Below, in pieces: positions 1 to 11,789 of a stretch of DNA of 64,000 bases. Source of the DNA: Bacteroidia bacterium (GTDB lineage Bacteria; Bacteroidota; Bacteroidia; M30B66). The DNA is taken from assembly GCA_046302715.1 (NCBI GenBank), contig JBKCHQ010000254.1, positions 20 through 64,019 of the forward strand. Reading direction: 5' to 3'. The position numbers and the translations under genes were made by a program. How positions within the stretch are numbered: the first letter of the stretch is position 1; each line of letters starts with the position of its first letter. The notes under the pieces are model-generated. The model was not told the DNA's origin and made no database searches. It worked only from the letters and a program-made list of their open reading frames with translations.

Positions 1-138
1 ATTTTCTTAGCAGCAAAGGCATGCGCTCCCTTGCCGCCGATAATCCTAGCGACGATTTTAACGAGAACAAAGGGCTCGAACCCAAAAGTATCATCAATTT
101 TATGATGCTTAATTTGGGCGTATTGTTTTAATTAGCCT

Positions 139-1797
139 ATGAAAATTGCTCTCGCCCAACTTAATTTTCATATCGGCAATATTGGGGCGAATTTTGAAAA
201 AATATGCACGGCAATCATTCGGGCAAAGGCCGAGGGCGCTCAATTAGCCGTATTTTCCGAGTTGGCCATTTGCGGATACCCGCCCCAAGACTTATTGGAG
301 TTCAGCGGTTTCATATCTGCCACAGAGGGCACCCTTCAAAAGATTGCCGAATTAACGGATAACATAGCTGTAATTATTGGCGCCCCAATAAAAAACAGTA
401 AAAATGCAGGAAACGGTCTGCTTAATTCCGCCGTGGTAATGCATCAGGGAAAAATTCTCCATCACGCACCTAAAACTCTTCTGCCTAATTACGACATTTT
501 TGATGAGCGGCGGTATTTTGAGCCAATTCAACAAAACAACTGCATTACCCTGGATGGAAAGAAAATTCTGCTTTCGGTGTGTGAAGATCTTTGGTTCGAC
601 GGCGAAAAAAAGAATTATCCCTCAAACCCATTTGAGCATTGGTCTAACGAAAAACCCGATTTAATACTAAATATCGCCGCATCGCCCTTTTCGTTTGAAC
701 ATCCCGAAGCGCGTAAAAAAATTTTATCAAAAGCAGCGAAGCTCATCAATGCACCCGTTTTTTATGTAAATGCCGTGGGGGCGCAAACCGACCTGGTTTT
801 TGATGGCGGTTCTATGGTGCTTAATCGTGAGGGAAATGTGGTAAGCGAGCTCGATTATTTTAAAGAGGACTTCCAGTGTTTCGATTTAGATTGGGTTAAA
901 ACAGCAAAGAGCGTTCCCCTTGAAACCGATCTGGTATTTGGGAGTTCGCCCGACGTGCATACTGCCCGAATTCACAAAGCGCTAGTTTTGGGCATTACAG
1001 ATTATTTCGCAAAAATGGGCTTTAAAAAGGCTGTTTTGGGCCTAAGTGGCGGAATTGATTCTGCGGTTGTTGCTGCTTTAGCTGCAGAGGCCCTTGGCGC
1101 TGAAAATGTATTGGGCATTTTGCTTCCTTCCCCTTTTTCGTCCGATCATTCTATAAGCGATGCATTGGATGTAAGTCGTAATTTAAACATCTCACATCAA
1201 ACCATTTACATCGAAGAGGCCATGCTTGCTTTCGACTCGATCTTAAAACCTCTTTGGCCCGATGCCCCCAACGATGTTACCGAAGAAAACATCCAGGCCC
1301 GAATACGAGGTCTTATTCTAATGGCGATAAGCAATAAAAAAGGCCATCTATTGCTCAATACTACCAACAAATCAGAAGCAGCCGTTGGATACGGAACTCT
1401 CTACGGAGATATGTGCGGGGCAATAGCTGTTTTGGGAGATCTTTATAAAACTCAAGTTTATAATTTGGCTCATTACCTCAACCGAGATGGGATAAAAATT
1501 CCAACGAATATAATTACAAAAGCACCGAGTGCAGAGCTAAGACCCAACCAAAAAGATAGCGATTCGCTGCCCGATTATGAATTGCTGGATCGCATACTGA
1601 AACTGCGCATCGAACATCATTATTCAAAGAATGAACTGATTACCGAAGGCCTTCCTGAATCTGTTGTTCTCCGTGTATTAAAGCTTCTAAACCAAAGCGA
1701 ATACAAGCGCCATCAAATGCCTCCGGTGCTGCGTGTTAGTTCAAAAGCCTTTGGTTCGGGCAGACGATTCCCAATTGTGGCACAAAATGATTTTTAA
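139..1797 (+). CDS. nadE: Glutamine-dependent NAD(+) synthetase (N-terminal nitrilase/CN-hydrolase domain + C-terminal NAD synthase domain)
   Basis: 552-aa ORF. N-terminal half has CN-hydrolase features (…FSELAICGYPPQDL…). C-terminal half has the NAD synthetase PP-loop 'VLGLSGGIDSAVV' and the 'GYGTLYGDM' region. Ends 3 bp before a convergent gene. Confidence 0.9.
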   Translation: MKIALAQLNFHIGNIGANFEKICTAIIRAKAEGAQLAVFSELAICGYPPQDLLEFSGFISATEGTLQKIAELTDNIAVIIGAPIKNSKNAGNGLLNSAVVMHQGKILHHAPKTLLPNYDIFDERRYFEPIQQNNCITLDGKKILLSVCEDLWFDGEKKNYPSNPFEHWSNEKPDLILNIAASPFSFEHPEARKKILSKAAKLINAPVFYVNAVGAQTDLVFDGGSMVLNREGNVVSELDYFKEDFQCFDLDWVKTAKSVPLETDLVFGSSPDVHTARIHKALVLGITDYFAKMGFKKAVLGLSGGIDSAVVAALAAEALGAENVLGILLPSPFSSDHSISDALDVSRNLNISHQTIYIEEAMLAFDSILKPLWPDAPNDVTEENIQARIRGLILMAISNKKGHLLLNTTNKSEAAVGYGTLYGDMCGAIAVLGDLYKTQVYNLAHYLNRDGIKIPTNIITKAPSAELRPNQKDSDSLPDYELLDRILKLRIEHHYSKNELITEGLPESVVLRVLKLLNQSEYKRHQMPPVLRVSSKAFGSGRRFPIVAQNDF

Positions 1798-1799
1798 GC

Positions 1800-4258
1800 C
1801 TAAAAGCTCACCGTAAGTTGAAAGGCTGTGGTTCTAGGCTGTTCAACAGACATGGGCCGCAATGCGTATTCTTTGTTGAGTAAATTGTTTACCACAAACC
1901 CCATGCTTACTTTATCACTGGCTTTGTAGATTAATCGTGTGTCAAACACCCAGGTGCCCGAGCGATTTTCTTCCCGGTATGACTTAAGCCCTGGCGCTGG
2001 CAGGCCCAAAAGCGGAAGGAAAAGGTCGAGATCCTCAAAAATCTTATCCACATTTTGCATAAAACTATTGTATCGCGCACTAAAGCCCAAAGTCCAGCGA
2101 CCTCTTGTCCATTCGGCATCGGCTTTAAACAATTCCTGAAAACGGTACTTTAAAATATAATTGCTCGAATCAGAAGAAGAAGTTGCATACGTAAGTGAAT
2201 CTCCTGCATAAATCACTGGATATGGTCTGTTGGGCTCCTTCGAAACAGGTAATGAATAAGTATAGCCTGCTAAAATCGAGAATTGGTTTTTGCCGATTTC
2301 GCCTTGGCCTGCAAGCGAAACATCCCATCCCGAAACCTTTGCACGACCAATATTTAAGGAGGAAAAACCCAATCCAAAGAAATTATCGGCAAAGGTTCCA
2401 AACTGGCCAAAATTAAATTCAATATTATCTTCGAAATGTTGTTCAAAATACACCACATCCAGATATCCTTTAAACCCAGAAATTTTAAAGCCCTGTTTAA
2501 TACCCACCTCGGCGCTCCACGATGATTCGGATTTCAAATTCTCGTTCGGGTAAATTTGAATAGGTCCCACCAAGGTGCGTATGTATTTTTCGGCAATGGT
2601 TGGAAAGCGGTAGCCCTGGCCAAATGAAGCCCGCAGGAAACTTGCTTTGTGCACTTTTAAATTCATGCCTGCTCTAAAAACGGGCTTACCCTCTTCGGTC
2701 TTCTGCACCGAGTCGGCATCAGAAAAACGGGGACTGCTGATTGAAAAATGCTCGTAACGGGCGCCCGCGTTGAGGGTTAGACGATCCCAAAAGGTCCGCT
2801 CCAATTGCACATATGCCGCAATATTTCTGTTTTCAGATTTTGCCTGTTGTCCTGTGGTATCCGATAAATTGCCTTTATATAAATCGGATACGCCAAATGT
2901 ATAGGAATGCAATGCTCCGGCGGTTAGCATTAAACCACTCAACACTCCCTTGTCTATTTGCTTTTGAAGCTGATACTCATTGTATATAAGATCGCTCTTA
3001 TTGCTTTGATTGTTATCGTTATTGTTATTCAAATGAAAGTATCGGTTGCGCAAACTATGTCGAAATCCTTTTTTGCCCAGATAATTGATAAACGATCAAC
3101 ATTATACACATCCTGAAGGGTAAGCGTGTTCGAACCAGGATACGATCTGTACATGCCTTCTTTTGCGTTATACCAAATGAGCGTTCCGGCCGAGCGCGAA
3201 TACATGCCGTTTACATTAACCCCGAAACTTAATCCTTCTATTTTTTTGCTCCGGTATCGTAAATTCATATTCATACGAGCCCTGTTTTCAAATTCTCCTC
3301 TTTGTTCGGCATATGGATTAAAGGTGGTGTCAGTAACATCAACCGGTGTTGGACCTTTGTACCCGTTATCATTAAAGAAATTGCCCCCGATAACCAGATC
3401 GAGATTTCCTATCTGCCGAGAGTGAAAAAAGTTAAGTCCTGAATAGGTAGGATTATTATCGCCCCAGTAAATGGCGTCTTTATTTTCGGGATTATTATAA
3501 AGCCCTGAAAATGTGCTAATCTTCGTTTGTGGCTTTTCGCGCGGGTAAGCCGTTCTAATATTAATTACGCCACTCAATGCAGCAGAGCCATAGAGAACCG
3601 ATGAAGCTCCCTTTATCACTTCAATTTGTTCGATGTTTTCTACCGGAACAAAGCCCCAGGAAGGACGCCCGGCATCACCAGAGAGCAACGGTAAATCGTC
3701 CACTAAAATCATCACGCGACTCCCTGCTCCAAAACTATAGCCACTTCCTGATCGTATTTGTGGCTCGCTGTCCACAATACTCACTCCGGGCACCTGCTGC
3801 ATGGCCGTTTCGATGGTGGTGGTGTTTTTATTTTCGATAAGCTGTGGTTTAAGCACCTCTAAACTCACCGTCACCCGCTCAATGTTTTGTTCAAACTTTC
3901 CGGCCGTTGTTACGAATGTTTCGAGCTGCATAGATTCCGGTTCAAGGGCCACATCTAACTTTAAGCTAATTCCCGGAGAAATGTCAATTTCTTTATTTAC
4001 CTGCTTAAACCCTATTTGTCGAAAAACCAACAGATGCTTTCCCGAAACTGTTTCCAAGCTATAGCCTCCGTTATTATTGGTTGCTGTTCCGTTCTTTTCT
4101 GCACCGGAGATATACACCGAAACACCCGGCAGTGTTTCGCCATCCGATGAGGTTACCGTACCTGTAATTCGACATCGCTCCACTTGCGCGCTGGCGTTAA
4201 TCAAAAAAAACACGGCTAAAAGTGCGGTAAATATCTTTTTAGTCATTTTTATAAACAT
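1800..4258 (-). pseudogene. TonB-dependent outer-membrane receptor interrupted by a -1 frameshift, annotated as two ORFs (3029..4258 N-terminal signal peptide/CarbopepD_reg/plug; 1800..3053 C-terminal beta-barrel)
   Basis: The N-terminal ORF has a signal peptide (MFIKMTKKIFTALLAVFFLINASA), a carboxypeptidase-regulatory-like domain and a plug region. The C-terminal ORF is barrel-like and ends in an aromatic residue (…QLTVSF). Read on the minus strand, an A6 run (plus T6 at about 3069-3074) makes the ORF terminate as AKKDFD…TFI*. Inserting one A gives …AKKGFRHSLRNRYFHLNNNNDNNQ…, which matches the second ORF exactly. The cause is either a genuine pseudogene or a homopolymer sequencing error. Confidence 0.7.
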
Positions 4259-4292
4259 CGAGCTCTATTCTGTGGGCTGTAATTAAATTGCA

Positions 4293-5414
4293 ATGTACAA
4301 AACTATGTATTCCGAGGAACACTATAAACGGCTTTTATACGCTGCGGCAATAACCCAACTACCGGGTATTGGGCTGCGTACGGCACGAAGAATTGTTGCT
4401 CGTTTCGGCAATGCCGAAGGTTTTTTCAAGGGTGTAAGCAAGGCGAAAAAAACGGAACAAAAATTTGCGCCTTCCGATTTAAAACAGGCCTTGATTTGGG
4501 CCGAACGAGAGCTCGAACAAGCGGTAAAGCATAACATTTCTGTCATTGATATGCTCGACCCAAATTTCCCAAGACGGCTAAACGCCTGCGACGACAGCCC
4601 ATTGATTTTGTTTTACAAGGGTGCGATGGATTTAAACAAGAGTCGAACGGTTGCTGTGGTCGGTACTCGAAAAGCCAGCAATTACGGACACCGCTGCGTT
4701 GAGTCAGTTATGCAAACTCTCAAAACCTTCGATTGCACGTTAATTAGTGGACTAGCGGTAGGAATTGACACTGCGGCGCATAAATCAGCCGAACAGCTCG
4801 GCATTCAAAACATCGGTGTACTGGCCCATGGCTTAGATCGCATTTACCCACATGAAAATAAAAACCTCGCGACAAAAATGGCCTTAAACGGCGGTATTCT
4901 CAGCGAATTTCCGGTAGGTACAAAGCCCGAAAAAAACAACTTTCCCATGCGAAACCGCATTATTGCCGGTTTAGCTGATGCTACTGTTGTTGTTGAGGCC
5001 GGAACCAGTGGCGGCGCACTAATAACGGCAAATATCGCTAGTTCATACAATCGGGATGTGTTTGCCTTTCCCGGCCGAATTTCTGATGATCGATCCTCTG
5101 GGTGCAACCGACTTATTCTATCGCATAGAGCCGCCATTCTAAGTCAATCCGACGATTTAGCTTTTTACATGGGTTGGGATGTTCCAACCAAAAAGACGGT
5201 AGAACCACTACATTTTGCAATGTTAAATGAGGATGAAAAAAGTGTGATCGAACTTATAAAAGAGGGAAGATCACATCTTGATCAAATGCTTCAGGAAAAA
5301 CATTGGCAACACTACCACCTTTCGGCCTTATTGCTTGGGCTTGAGTTTAAAAATATAATTAAACCCTTGCCCGGTAATGTTTGGGCCCTTTGCGACGCCG
5401 CCTACAAAAGCTGA
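4293..5414 (+). CDS. dprA: DNA-processing protein DprA (Smf)
   Basis: 373 aa. Rossmann-like DprA core (…VAVVGTRKASNYG…LISGLAVGIDTAAHKSA…GTSGGALITA…) and a C-terminal winged-helix-like region. Confidence 0.85.
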   Translation: MYKTMYSEEHYKRLLYAAAITQLPGIGLRTARRIVARFGNAEGFFKGVSKAKKTEQKFAPSDLKQALIWAERELEQAVKHNISVIDMLDPNFPRRLNACDDSPLILFYKGAMDLNKSRTVAVVGTRKASNYGHRCVESVMQTLKTFDCTLISGLAVGIDTAAHKSAEQLGIQNIGVLAHGLDRIYPHENKNLATKMALNGGILSEFPVGTKPEKNNFPMRNRIIAGLADATVVVEAGTSGGALITANIASSYNRDVFAFPGRISDDRSSGCNRLILSHRAAILSQSDDLAFYMGWDVPTKKTVEPLHFAMLNEDEKSVIELIKEGRSHLDQMLQEKHWQHYHLSALLLGLEFKNIIKPLPGNVWALCDAAYKS

Positions 5415-7321
5415 TCGAGCAGTTTTTGCGTCTCTTCCCATTCTGACATCAGCGCTTCAAGTTGCGAACTGGCCTTTTGATGTTTCCCTAATAATTGTGC
5501 CGACTCGTCTTTATTGGAATAAATCGTTGGGTCTGCCAGCGCCGTTTCAAGCGCGGTAATTTCATCTTCTATACACGCAATTTCCTCTTCCTGCTTACGA
5601 ATTTTATTTTGTAAATGCTTTTTCTCTTTATCGTTTGAGCTTGGCTTCGTTCGGGTATCCTCCTTTTTAACAGCATCAGGCTTTTTCGTTTGAACCTCGA
5701 GCTGTTTTAAATGCTCCAATTTTCTGCTCTGTAAAAAGTCGAAAATACCGCCGGGAAATTCGCGGATTTTGCCGCTGTTAAATTCGTACACCTTAGTGCA
5801 AAGGCCATCTAAAAACTCTCTATCGTGCGACACCAAAACCAGTGTTCCATCATAATTCTTAAGCGCATCCTTAAGAATATCCTTAGAACGCATATCCAAA
5901 TGGTTGGTAGGCTCATCAAGCACAAGTAAATTAACGGGCTGCATTAAAAGCCGCGCAATCGCTAATCGGCCTTTTTCGCCGCCCGAAAGCACTTTTACTT
6001 TTTTATCAACCGCCTCGCCCCCGAATAAAAATGCCCCCAAAATATTTCGAATCTGCTGCGTTGTCGTAGAACCAGCCACCTCTTCAAGGGTTTGCATAAC
6101 CGTAAGATTCGGATTCATTAGGTCGGCCTGGTTTTGAGCAAAATAGCCTAATGCCACATTGTGCCCCAGCTCCATTTTGCCAGTATGTTCTATCTGACCG
6201 GCAATTATTTTTGACAGCGTGGTTTTCCCTTCTCCGTTTCTTCCTACAAAGGCTATCTTATCGCCTCGCTCTGCCAAAAATCCTATGTTATTTAAAATGT
6301 GTGCTTCTCCATAAGATTTACAAACACCTTCAGCGGTAATTACCACCTTGCCCGAACGTGGTGCCGGAGGAAATTTAAAATGTATTGCTGAATTATCTTC
6401 TTCCTCAACTTCGATTCGCTCTACTTTGTCGAGCTGTTTAATGCGCGACTGCACTTGCACCGCCTTACTGGCCTTATACCTAAACCTGTCGATAAATTTC
6501 TCGGTGTCCTCAATCATTTTTTTCTGATTGAGATATGCCGACATTTGAAGCTCACGACGTTCTTTTCTTAGTTCGAGATACTTACTGTAGGCGGCTTTAT
6601 AGTCTTCTATTCTACCGACTGTAATTTCGATGGTTCTATTGGTTACCGCATCTAAAAACGCCCTGTCATGCGATACCAGAACAACGGCACCCGGATAAGA
6701 GGCCAGGAAATTCTCTAACCATTGTATGGACTCTATGTCCAGGTGATTGGTGGGCTCATCGAGTAATATTGCGTCGGGCATTTGCAAAAGAATTTTTGCC
6801 AATTCTACACGCATTTTCCAGCCGCCCGAAAACTCGTCCATTAAACGAGTCATGTCGCCGGTTTTAAAACCCAAGCCCGTTAATACCTTCTCTGTTTCGC
6901 CTTCAATAGAACCAGCGCCCAACAATCCCAGACGATCGCCCACTTCGCTTAACCGATCAATTATTTTTTGGTATTCCTCCGACTCATAATCTTCTCTGCT
7001 TTCTAATTCCTTTCCCAATCGGTTAAGCTCTTCTTCCAATCCTAACACCTCTTTAAATGCCGTTCGGGCTTCTTCAAAAATAGTGGTGCCCGTATTGTGC
7101 TTCATTTCCTGAGGCAAATATCCTATGCGATACCCCTGGGGAACAGACACATTTCCCTTAGTTGGATCTTGCTGACGGGCAATAATCTTTAACAAGGTTG
7201 ATTTTCCTGCGCCATTTTTACCCGTTAAACCAATACGGTCTCGGCTTTGAATCATAAAGGAAACTTCCTCGAACAAGGGTACGCCTCCAAATAAAACCGA
7301 TAAGTTGCCAACTGTTATCAT
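5402..7321 (-). CDS. ABC-F family ATPase (two tandem ABC domains, C-terminal coiled-coil extension; EttA/Uup-like)
   Basis: 639 aa. Two Walker A motifs (GKNGAGKST; GRNGEGKTT), two ABC signature motifs (LSGGWKMRV; LSGGEKGRL), no TM domain, and a K/E-rich coiled-coil C-terminus. Confidence 0.85.
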   Translation of the reverse strand: MITVGNLSVLFGGVPLFEEVSFMIQSRDRIGLTGKNGAGKSTLLKIIARQQDPTKGNVSVPQGYRIGYLPQEMKHNTGTTIFEEARTAFKEVLGLEEELNRLGKELESREDYESEEYQKIIDRLSEVGDRLGLLGAGSIEGETEKVLTGLGFKTGDMTRLMDEFSGGWKMRVELAKILLQMPDAILLDEPTNHLDIESIQWLENFLASYPGAVVLVSHDRAFLDAVTNRTIEITVGRIEDYKAAYSKYLELRKERRELQMSAYLNQKKMIEDTEKFIDRFRYKASKAVQVQSRIKQLDKVERIEVEEEDNSAIHFKFPPAPRSGKVVITAEGVCKSYGEAHILNNIGFLAERGDKIAFVGRNGEGKTTLSKIIAGQIEHTGKMELGHNVALGYFAQNQADLMNPNLTVMQTLEEVAGSTTTQQIRNILGAFLFGGEAVDKKVKVLSGGEKGRLAIARLLMQPVNLLVLDEPTNHLDMRSKDILKDALKNYDGTLVLVSHDREFLDGLCTKVYEFNSGKIREFPGGIFDFLQSRKLEHLKQLEVQTKKPDAVKKEDTRTKPSSNDKEKKHLQNKIRKQEEEIACIEDEITALETALADPTIYSNKDESAQLLGKHQKASSQLEALMSEWEETQKLLDQLL

Positions 7322-7392
7322 CTATGGTGCAAAAGTACTTGTACTGTCTTAATAAAATCATAAAAATCTGTGATATTTGCCCTGGTTTTGTA

Positions 7393-7806
7393 ATGCCCTT
7401 TTTAAGGTACTTGACATTGAATCTCAAACCTGTTTTATACTCCATATTTTTTCAGCGGTGCCCGAGGTGTCATAAAGGGCATTTATTTATTAATCGCAAT
7501 CCCTACAAATGGACCAATTGGGATAAAATGCATAACGAATGCGGCAATTGCGGCTTGCATTATGAGCGCGAGCCTGGTTTTTTTCAAGGCGCTATGTATG
7601 TGAGTTATGCATTGGGCGTTGCAGTAAGTGTTGGCGTTTTATTGGTGGATATTGCTGTTGGGTTTAACGCGCTGCATTACTTTATCCTTAATACTATTGT
7701 ACTTATTGGGATGGCTCCACTTCTTTTTCGATGGGCAAGAGCTATTTATCTCAATATTTTTGTGAAACACAATCCCTCAAAAGCTGACGGCGTGGATGGA
7801 CATTAA
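7393..7806 (+). CDS. Small zinc-ribbon membrane protein (DUF983-like)
   Basis: CPRCHKG…CGNCGL zinc-ribbon motif followed by two TM helices. The track ORF starts at 7324, only 2 bp from the divergent ABC-F start, so an internal start (MPFLRY… about 7393) is more plausible. Confidence 0.5.
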   Translation: MPFLRYLTLNLKPVLYSIFFQRCPRCHKGHLFINRNPYKWTNWDKMHNECGNCGLHYEREPGFFQGAMYVSYALGVAVSVGVLLVDIAVGFNALHYFILNTIVLIGMAPLLFRWARAIYLNIFVKHNPSKADGVDGH

Positions 7807-8444
7807 ATCTGTTCCGATTCGATGACCTGTTTGCCTTCGTTGGGATTCAGTGCTATATCCAGCATTTTTAGTGCGACATTTTTTGCATGCACCGGTTTAT
7901 AGCGCTTAAGCCTTCCTAAAAACAAAAACCCGAAAAGCACCGCTAATATCTTGCCTATGTTTTCTCCAAATCGTTGCTCTTTACGTTTGCCCAATAACAA
8001 AGAGGGGCGAATGATGCGTTTGATGGGAATGCTCGATTGGTTTAAAATGGCTTCCGCTTCTGTTTTGCATTGTAGATAAAAGTTCTGCGTCTTTTGCCCG
8101 GCCCCCACCGAGGATTGCAGCACAAAACACGTTGTGCCCCATTGCTCTGAACGTGCAATTAACTGGCTAACAAGCTCAACATCTACAAAACGAAAGGCCG
8201 ATTGCGAGCCTGCTTTTTTAATAGTAGTTCCCAAACAGCAAAACACCACCTCGGGCGAGGGTCCGGGCAAAGAGTCAATTTCATAGATGTTCTTTTCAAA
8301 GAATAGCGGAGTCGTTTTTTCTGAAACCACTTCAAATGGTCTTCTTGCCAAAACATAAACACGTTGAAATCGCTCATCTTGCTCAAGAATTTTTAATAAT
8401 TCAGCGCCTGTTAGTCCTGAGGCACCCGCAACTAATGCAATCAT
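7803..8444 (-). CDS. NAD(P)H-binding Rossmann-fold protein (atypical SDR / TIP30-like oxidoreductase)
   Basis: N-terminal GxxGxxG-like motif (MIALVAGASGLTGAELL). 213 aa. Overlaps the neighbouring ORFs by 4 bp on each side, so probably an operon member. Confidence 0.6.
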   Translation of the reverse strand: MIALVAGASGLTGAELLKILEQDERFQRVYVLARRPFEVVSEKTTPLFFEKNIYEIDSLPGPSPEVVFCCLGTTIKKAGSQSAFRFVDVELVSQLIARSEQWGTTCFVLQSSVGAGQKTQNFYLQCKTEAEAILNQSSIPIKRIIRPSLLLGKRKEQRFGENIGKILAVLFGFLFLGRLKRYKPVHAKNVALKMLDIALNPNEGKQVIESEQI

Positions 8445-9205
8445 CGCTTACTGAGTTGCCGCTTGTAATATTGATATCCGCGATTTTTCTTCGAATAATA
8501 TTTCGAAAACTTCCAAATACCCATAACTACTGCTCCCGACCAAAATCGGCGTGTTGGGGTATAGTTTTCAACGCCGTCGCGCCTTACTCTCATGTCACTT
8601 AACGAATATCCCATCCGAAAAGTGCCAATCATGGCAAATTGTTCTGAAAAATTGTAGAAACACCCGGCTCCAATAACTGCAGAAAAAAGTATCGGCTTAA
8701 AATCCTGCCGTGTAAGTTGTGGAATATCGCGCTCGCCCACCGTTGACTCTTCTGCACTCACCTTTACTTTTTGAAGAAAGGAAATCTGTGGGCCTACATC
8801 CAACGTAAACCCTTGATGGTGTGAGTTACAAAAGTTGAATAACAGGGGCACATCGAGATAAGAAGCTTGTGTTCTGAACTTGTAGTAGTAGTTAAAGTTT
8901 GCCAATCCATTTCCTGGGTACACTTTATAGGTTTGCGCCGCCCTTGAAAATTGTAATTCGGCTTTTACTCCATATAGCTTACGAAAATAATAGGCCCCGG
9001 GGTCAAAATATGCCGCCGCCATAATGCCGCCGCCTAAATTTGTGGTGTACACATAAACCGAGTCGTTGCCTTCGAACTTAACTTCTTTATTGAGAAGAAA
9101 GTGGTTATAATAGGTAAGGCCGCCCCCAAGATGTATGGTTTGCGCTTTTATCTTAGAAGAGAAAAGCAGCAAAATGACGATTATAATACCTTGATTTCGA
9201 AGCAT
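8441..9205 (-). CDS. Outer-membrane beta-barrel protein (porin-like, OMP_b-brl family)
   Basis: Signal peptide (MLRNQGIIIVILLLFSSKIKAQ), alternating aromatic/hydrophobic beta-strand pattern, Gly/Tyr-rich. Confidence 0.6.
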   Translation of the reverse strand: MLRNQGIIIVILLLFSSKIKAQTIHLGGGLTYYNHFLLNKEVKFEGNDSVYVYTTNLGGGIMAAAYFDPGAYYFRKLYGVKAELQFSRAAQTYKVYPGNGLANFNYYYKFRTQASYLDVPLLFNFCNSHHQGFTLDVGPQISFLQKVKVSAEESTVGERDIPQLTRQDFKPILFSAVIGAGCFYNFSEQFAMIGTFRMGYSLSDMRVRRDGVENYTPTRRFWSGAVVMGIWKFSKYYSKKNRGYQYYKRQLSKR

Positions 9206-9261
9206 TGTAAATCGAATTTAAAAATCTCTTTTTACAATTCCAAGCCCCCAAAGCAAAATAG

Positions 9262-9301
9262 CTAAATAAAAAAGCCCCCAAAGAGAGATTTGGAGGCTTT
9301 T
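9262..9301 (-). terminator. Intrinsic terminator downstream of groEL (hairpin AAAAGCCCCCAAA-gagaga-TTTGGAGGCTTTT followed by a U-tract on the minus strand)
   Basis: 13-bp inverted repeat with one mismatch, seen directly. On the minus strand the transcript has a T-run (plus-strand aaataaaaaa) 3' of the stem. Located just 3' of the groEL stop. Confidence 0.55.
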
Positions 9302-9322
9302 AGAAACTTAATTTATGCTGTA

Positions 9323-10972
<1,650 letters not shown>

Positions 10973-10981
10973 TTAAATTTA

Positions 10982-11260
10982 TTAAAGAATTGCAAAAATG
11001 TCTGATTCTCTCATAATGAGATATTCCTTGTTATGGTGGGTAATTTCAGTACCGGCATACTTACCGTAAAGAACTTCATCACCTACTTTTACCGTCATAG
11101 GCTCATCTTTTTTTCCGTTGCCTACTGCCACAACAGTTCCACGTTGTGGTGTTTCTTTGGCGGTATCAGGAATAATGATTCCTCCCGCTGTTTTTTCTTC
11201 TGCTGCTGCTGCTTCAACCAATACTCGGTCGTGAAGCGGACGAATGGATACTTCTGACAT
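10982..11260 (-). CDS. groS: Co-chaperonin GroES (10 kDa)
   Basis: The track ORF is N-terminally extended. The conserved start is [16 protein letters not shown]… (ATG about 11260), followed by …[11 protein letters not shown]…GTVVAVG. Sits immediately upstream of groEL. Confidence 0.95.
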   Translation of the reverse strand: MSEVSIRPLHDRVLVEAAAAEEKTAGGIIIPDTAKETPQRGTVVAVGNGKKDEPMTVKVGDEVLYGKYAGTEITHHNKEYLIMRESDIFAIL

Positions 11261-11363
11261 AATTTTTCTTTTTAAGGTTAAACAATTTCGTGCCGCCCCT
11301 AGCGAAGAAAATGCCAAGTAGGATTTTTCGTTCCACTTGGGTCAAATTGACCTCATTAGCTGC

Positions 11364-11408
11364 CAAAAAAACAAAAGCGCCACGTGTCGGCTGACATACT
11401 GGCGCTTT
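11364..11408 (-). terminator. Intrinsic terminator downstream of secG (AAAGCGCCA…TGGCGCTTT hairpin plus U-tract)
   Basis: Perfect 9-bp inverted repeat (11374-11382 / 11400-11408). On the minus strand it is followed by TTTTGTTTTTTT (plus-strand aaaaaaacaaaa at 11364-11373). Lies between the secG stop (11430) and the groES start. Confidence 0.65.
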
Positions 11409-11429
11409 GTATAGGTTTACAAAATAGAG

Positions 11430-11783
11430 TTAAGGAGCAGTTGGCGCCGGAGTCGGAGCTTTCGGGGCTGGTGCCTTGGGCGCTGCAGGAGCGGGAGTTG
11501 GAGCGGATGTTCCCTCCTCCGCCTTGCGGGTCGAAATGGTTTCGGTTTCACCCCCATCTGAGCTCGATTTTAAGGCAGTAGCCAATAAACATAAAACAAT
11601 TAATGTTCCGGCCAATGTCCAAGTTGCTTTCTCTAAAAAGTCGGTGGTTTTACGAACACCCATCACCTGATTGCTGGCCGAAAAAGTGGAAGAAAGCCCC
11701 CCTCCTTTTGAGTTTTGAACCAAAACAATCAATATCAGAAGAATGCACGTGATAAGAATAAGAAGTGAAAATACCGTTGACAT
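11430..11783 (-). CDS. secG: Preprotein translocase subunit SecG with Pro/Ala/Lys-rich C-terminal tail
   Basis: MSTVFSLLILITCILLILIVLVQNSKGGGLSSTFSAS… is a typical SecG N-terminus with two TM helices. The C-terminal PAPKAPAPKAP low-complexity extension is common in Bacteroidetes SecG. Confidence 0.85.
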   Translation of the reverse strand: MSTVFSLLILITCILLILIVLVQNSKGGGLSSTFSASNQVMGVRKTTDFLEKATWTLAGTLIVLCLLATALKSSSDGGETETISTRKAEEGTSAPTPAPAAPKAPAPKAPTPAPTAP

Positions 11784-11789
11784 AACTTT

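Noticed and set aside
1-105. Frame-1 plus-strand reading frame open from the window edge to a TGA at 103-105 (…KGSNPKVSSIL*)
   Set aside because: A 34-aa C-terminal fragment cannot be identified. It may be the tail of an upstream gene, but there is no evidence either way.
7324-7392. ORF-track start of the DUF983-like gene 2 bp from the divergent ABC-F start codon
   Set aside because: Back-to-back start codons leave no room for promoters. The upstream 23 codons (MVQKYLYCLNKIIKICDICPGFV) are more likely non-coding promoter sequence, so the start was moved to about 7393.
9242-9284. Direct repeat AAGCCCCCAAAG occurring twice about 30 nt apart downstream of groEL
   Set aside because: The second copy forms the left arm of the groEL terminator hairpin. 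The first is probably coincidental or a remnant. Too short to interpret.
11430-11560. Pro/Ala/Lys low-complexity C-terminal tail of SecG, and the antisense ORFs 11384..11581 and 11476..11670 over it
   Set aside because: Extended PAPK tails are common in Bacteroidetes SecG. The antisense ORFs are GC-rich repeat artefacts.
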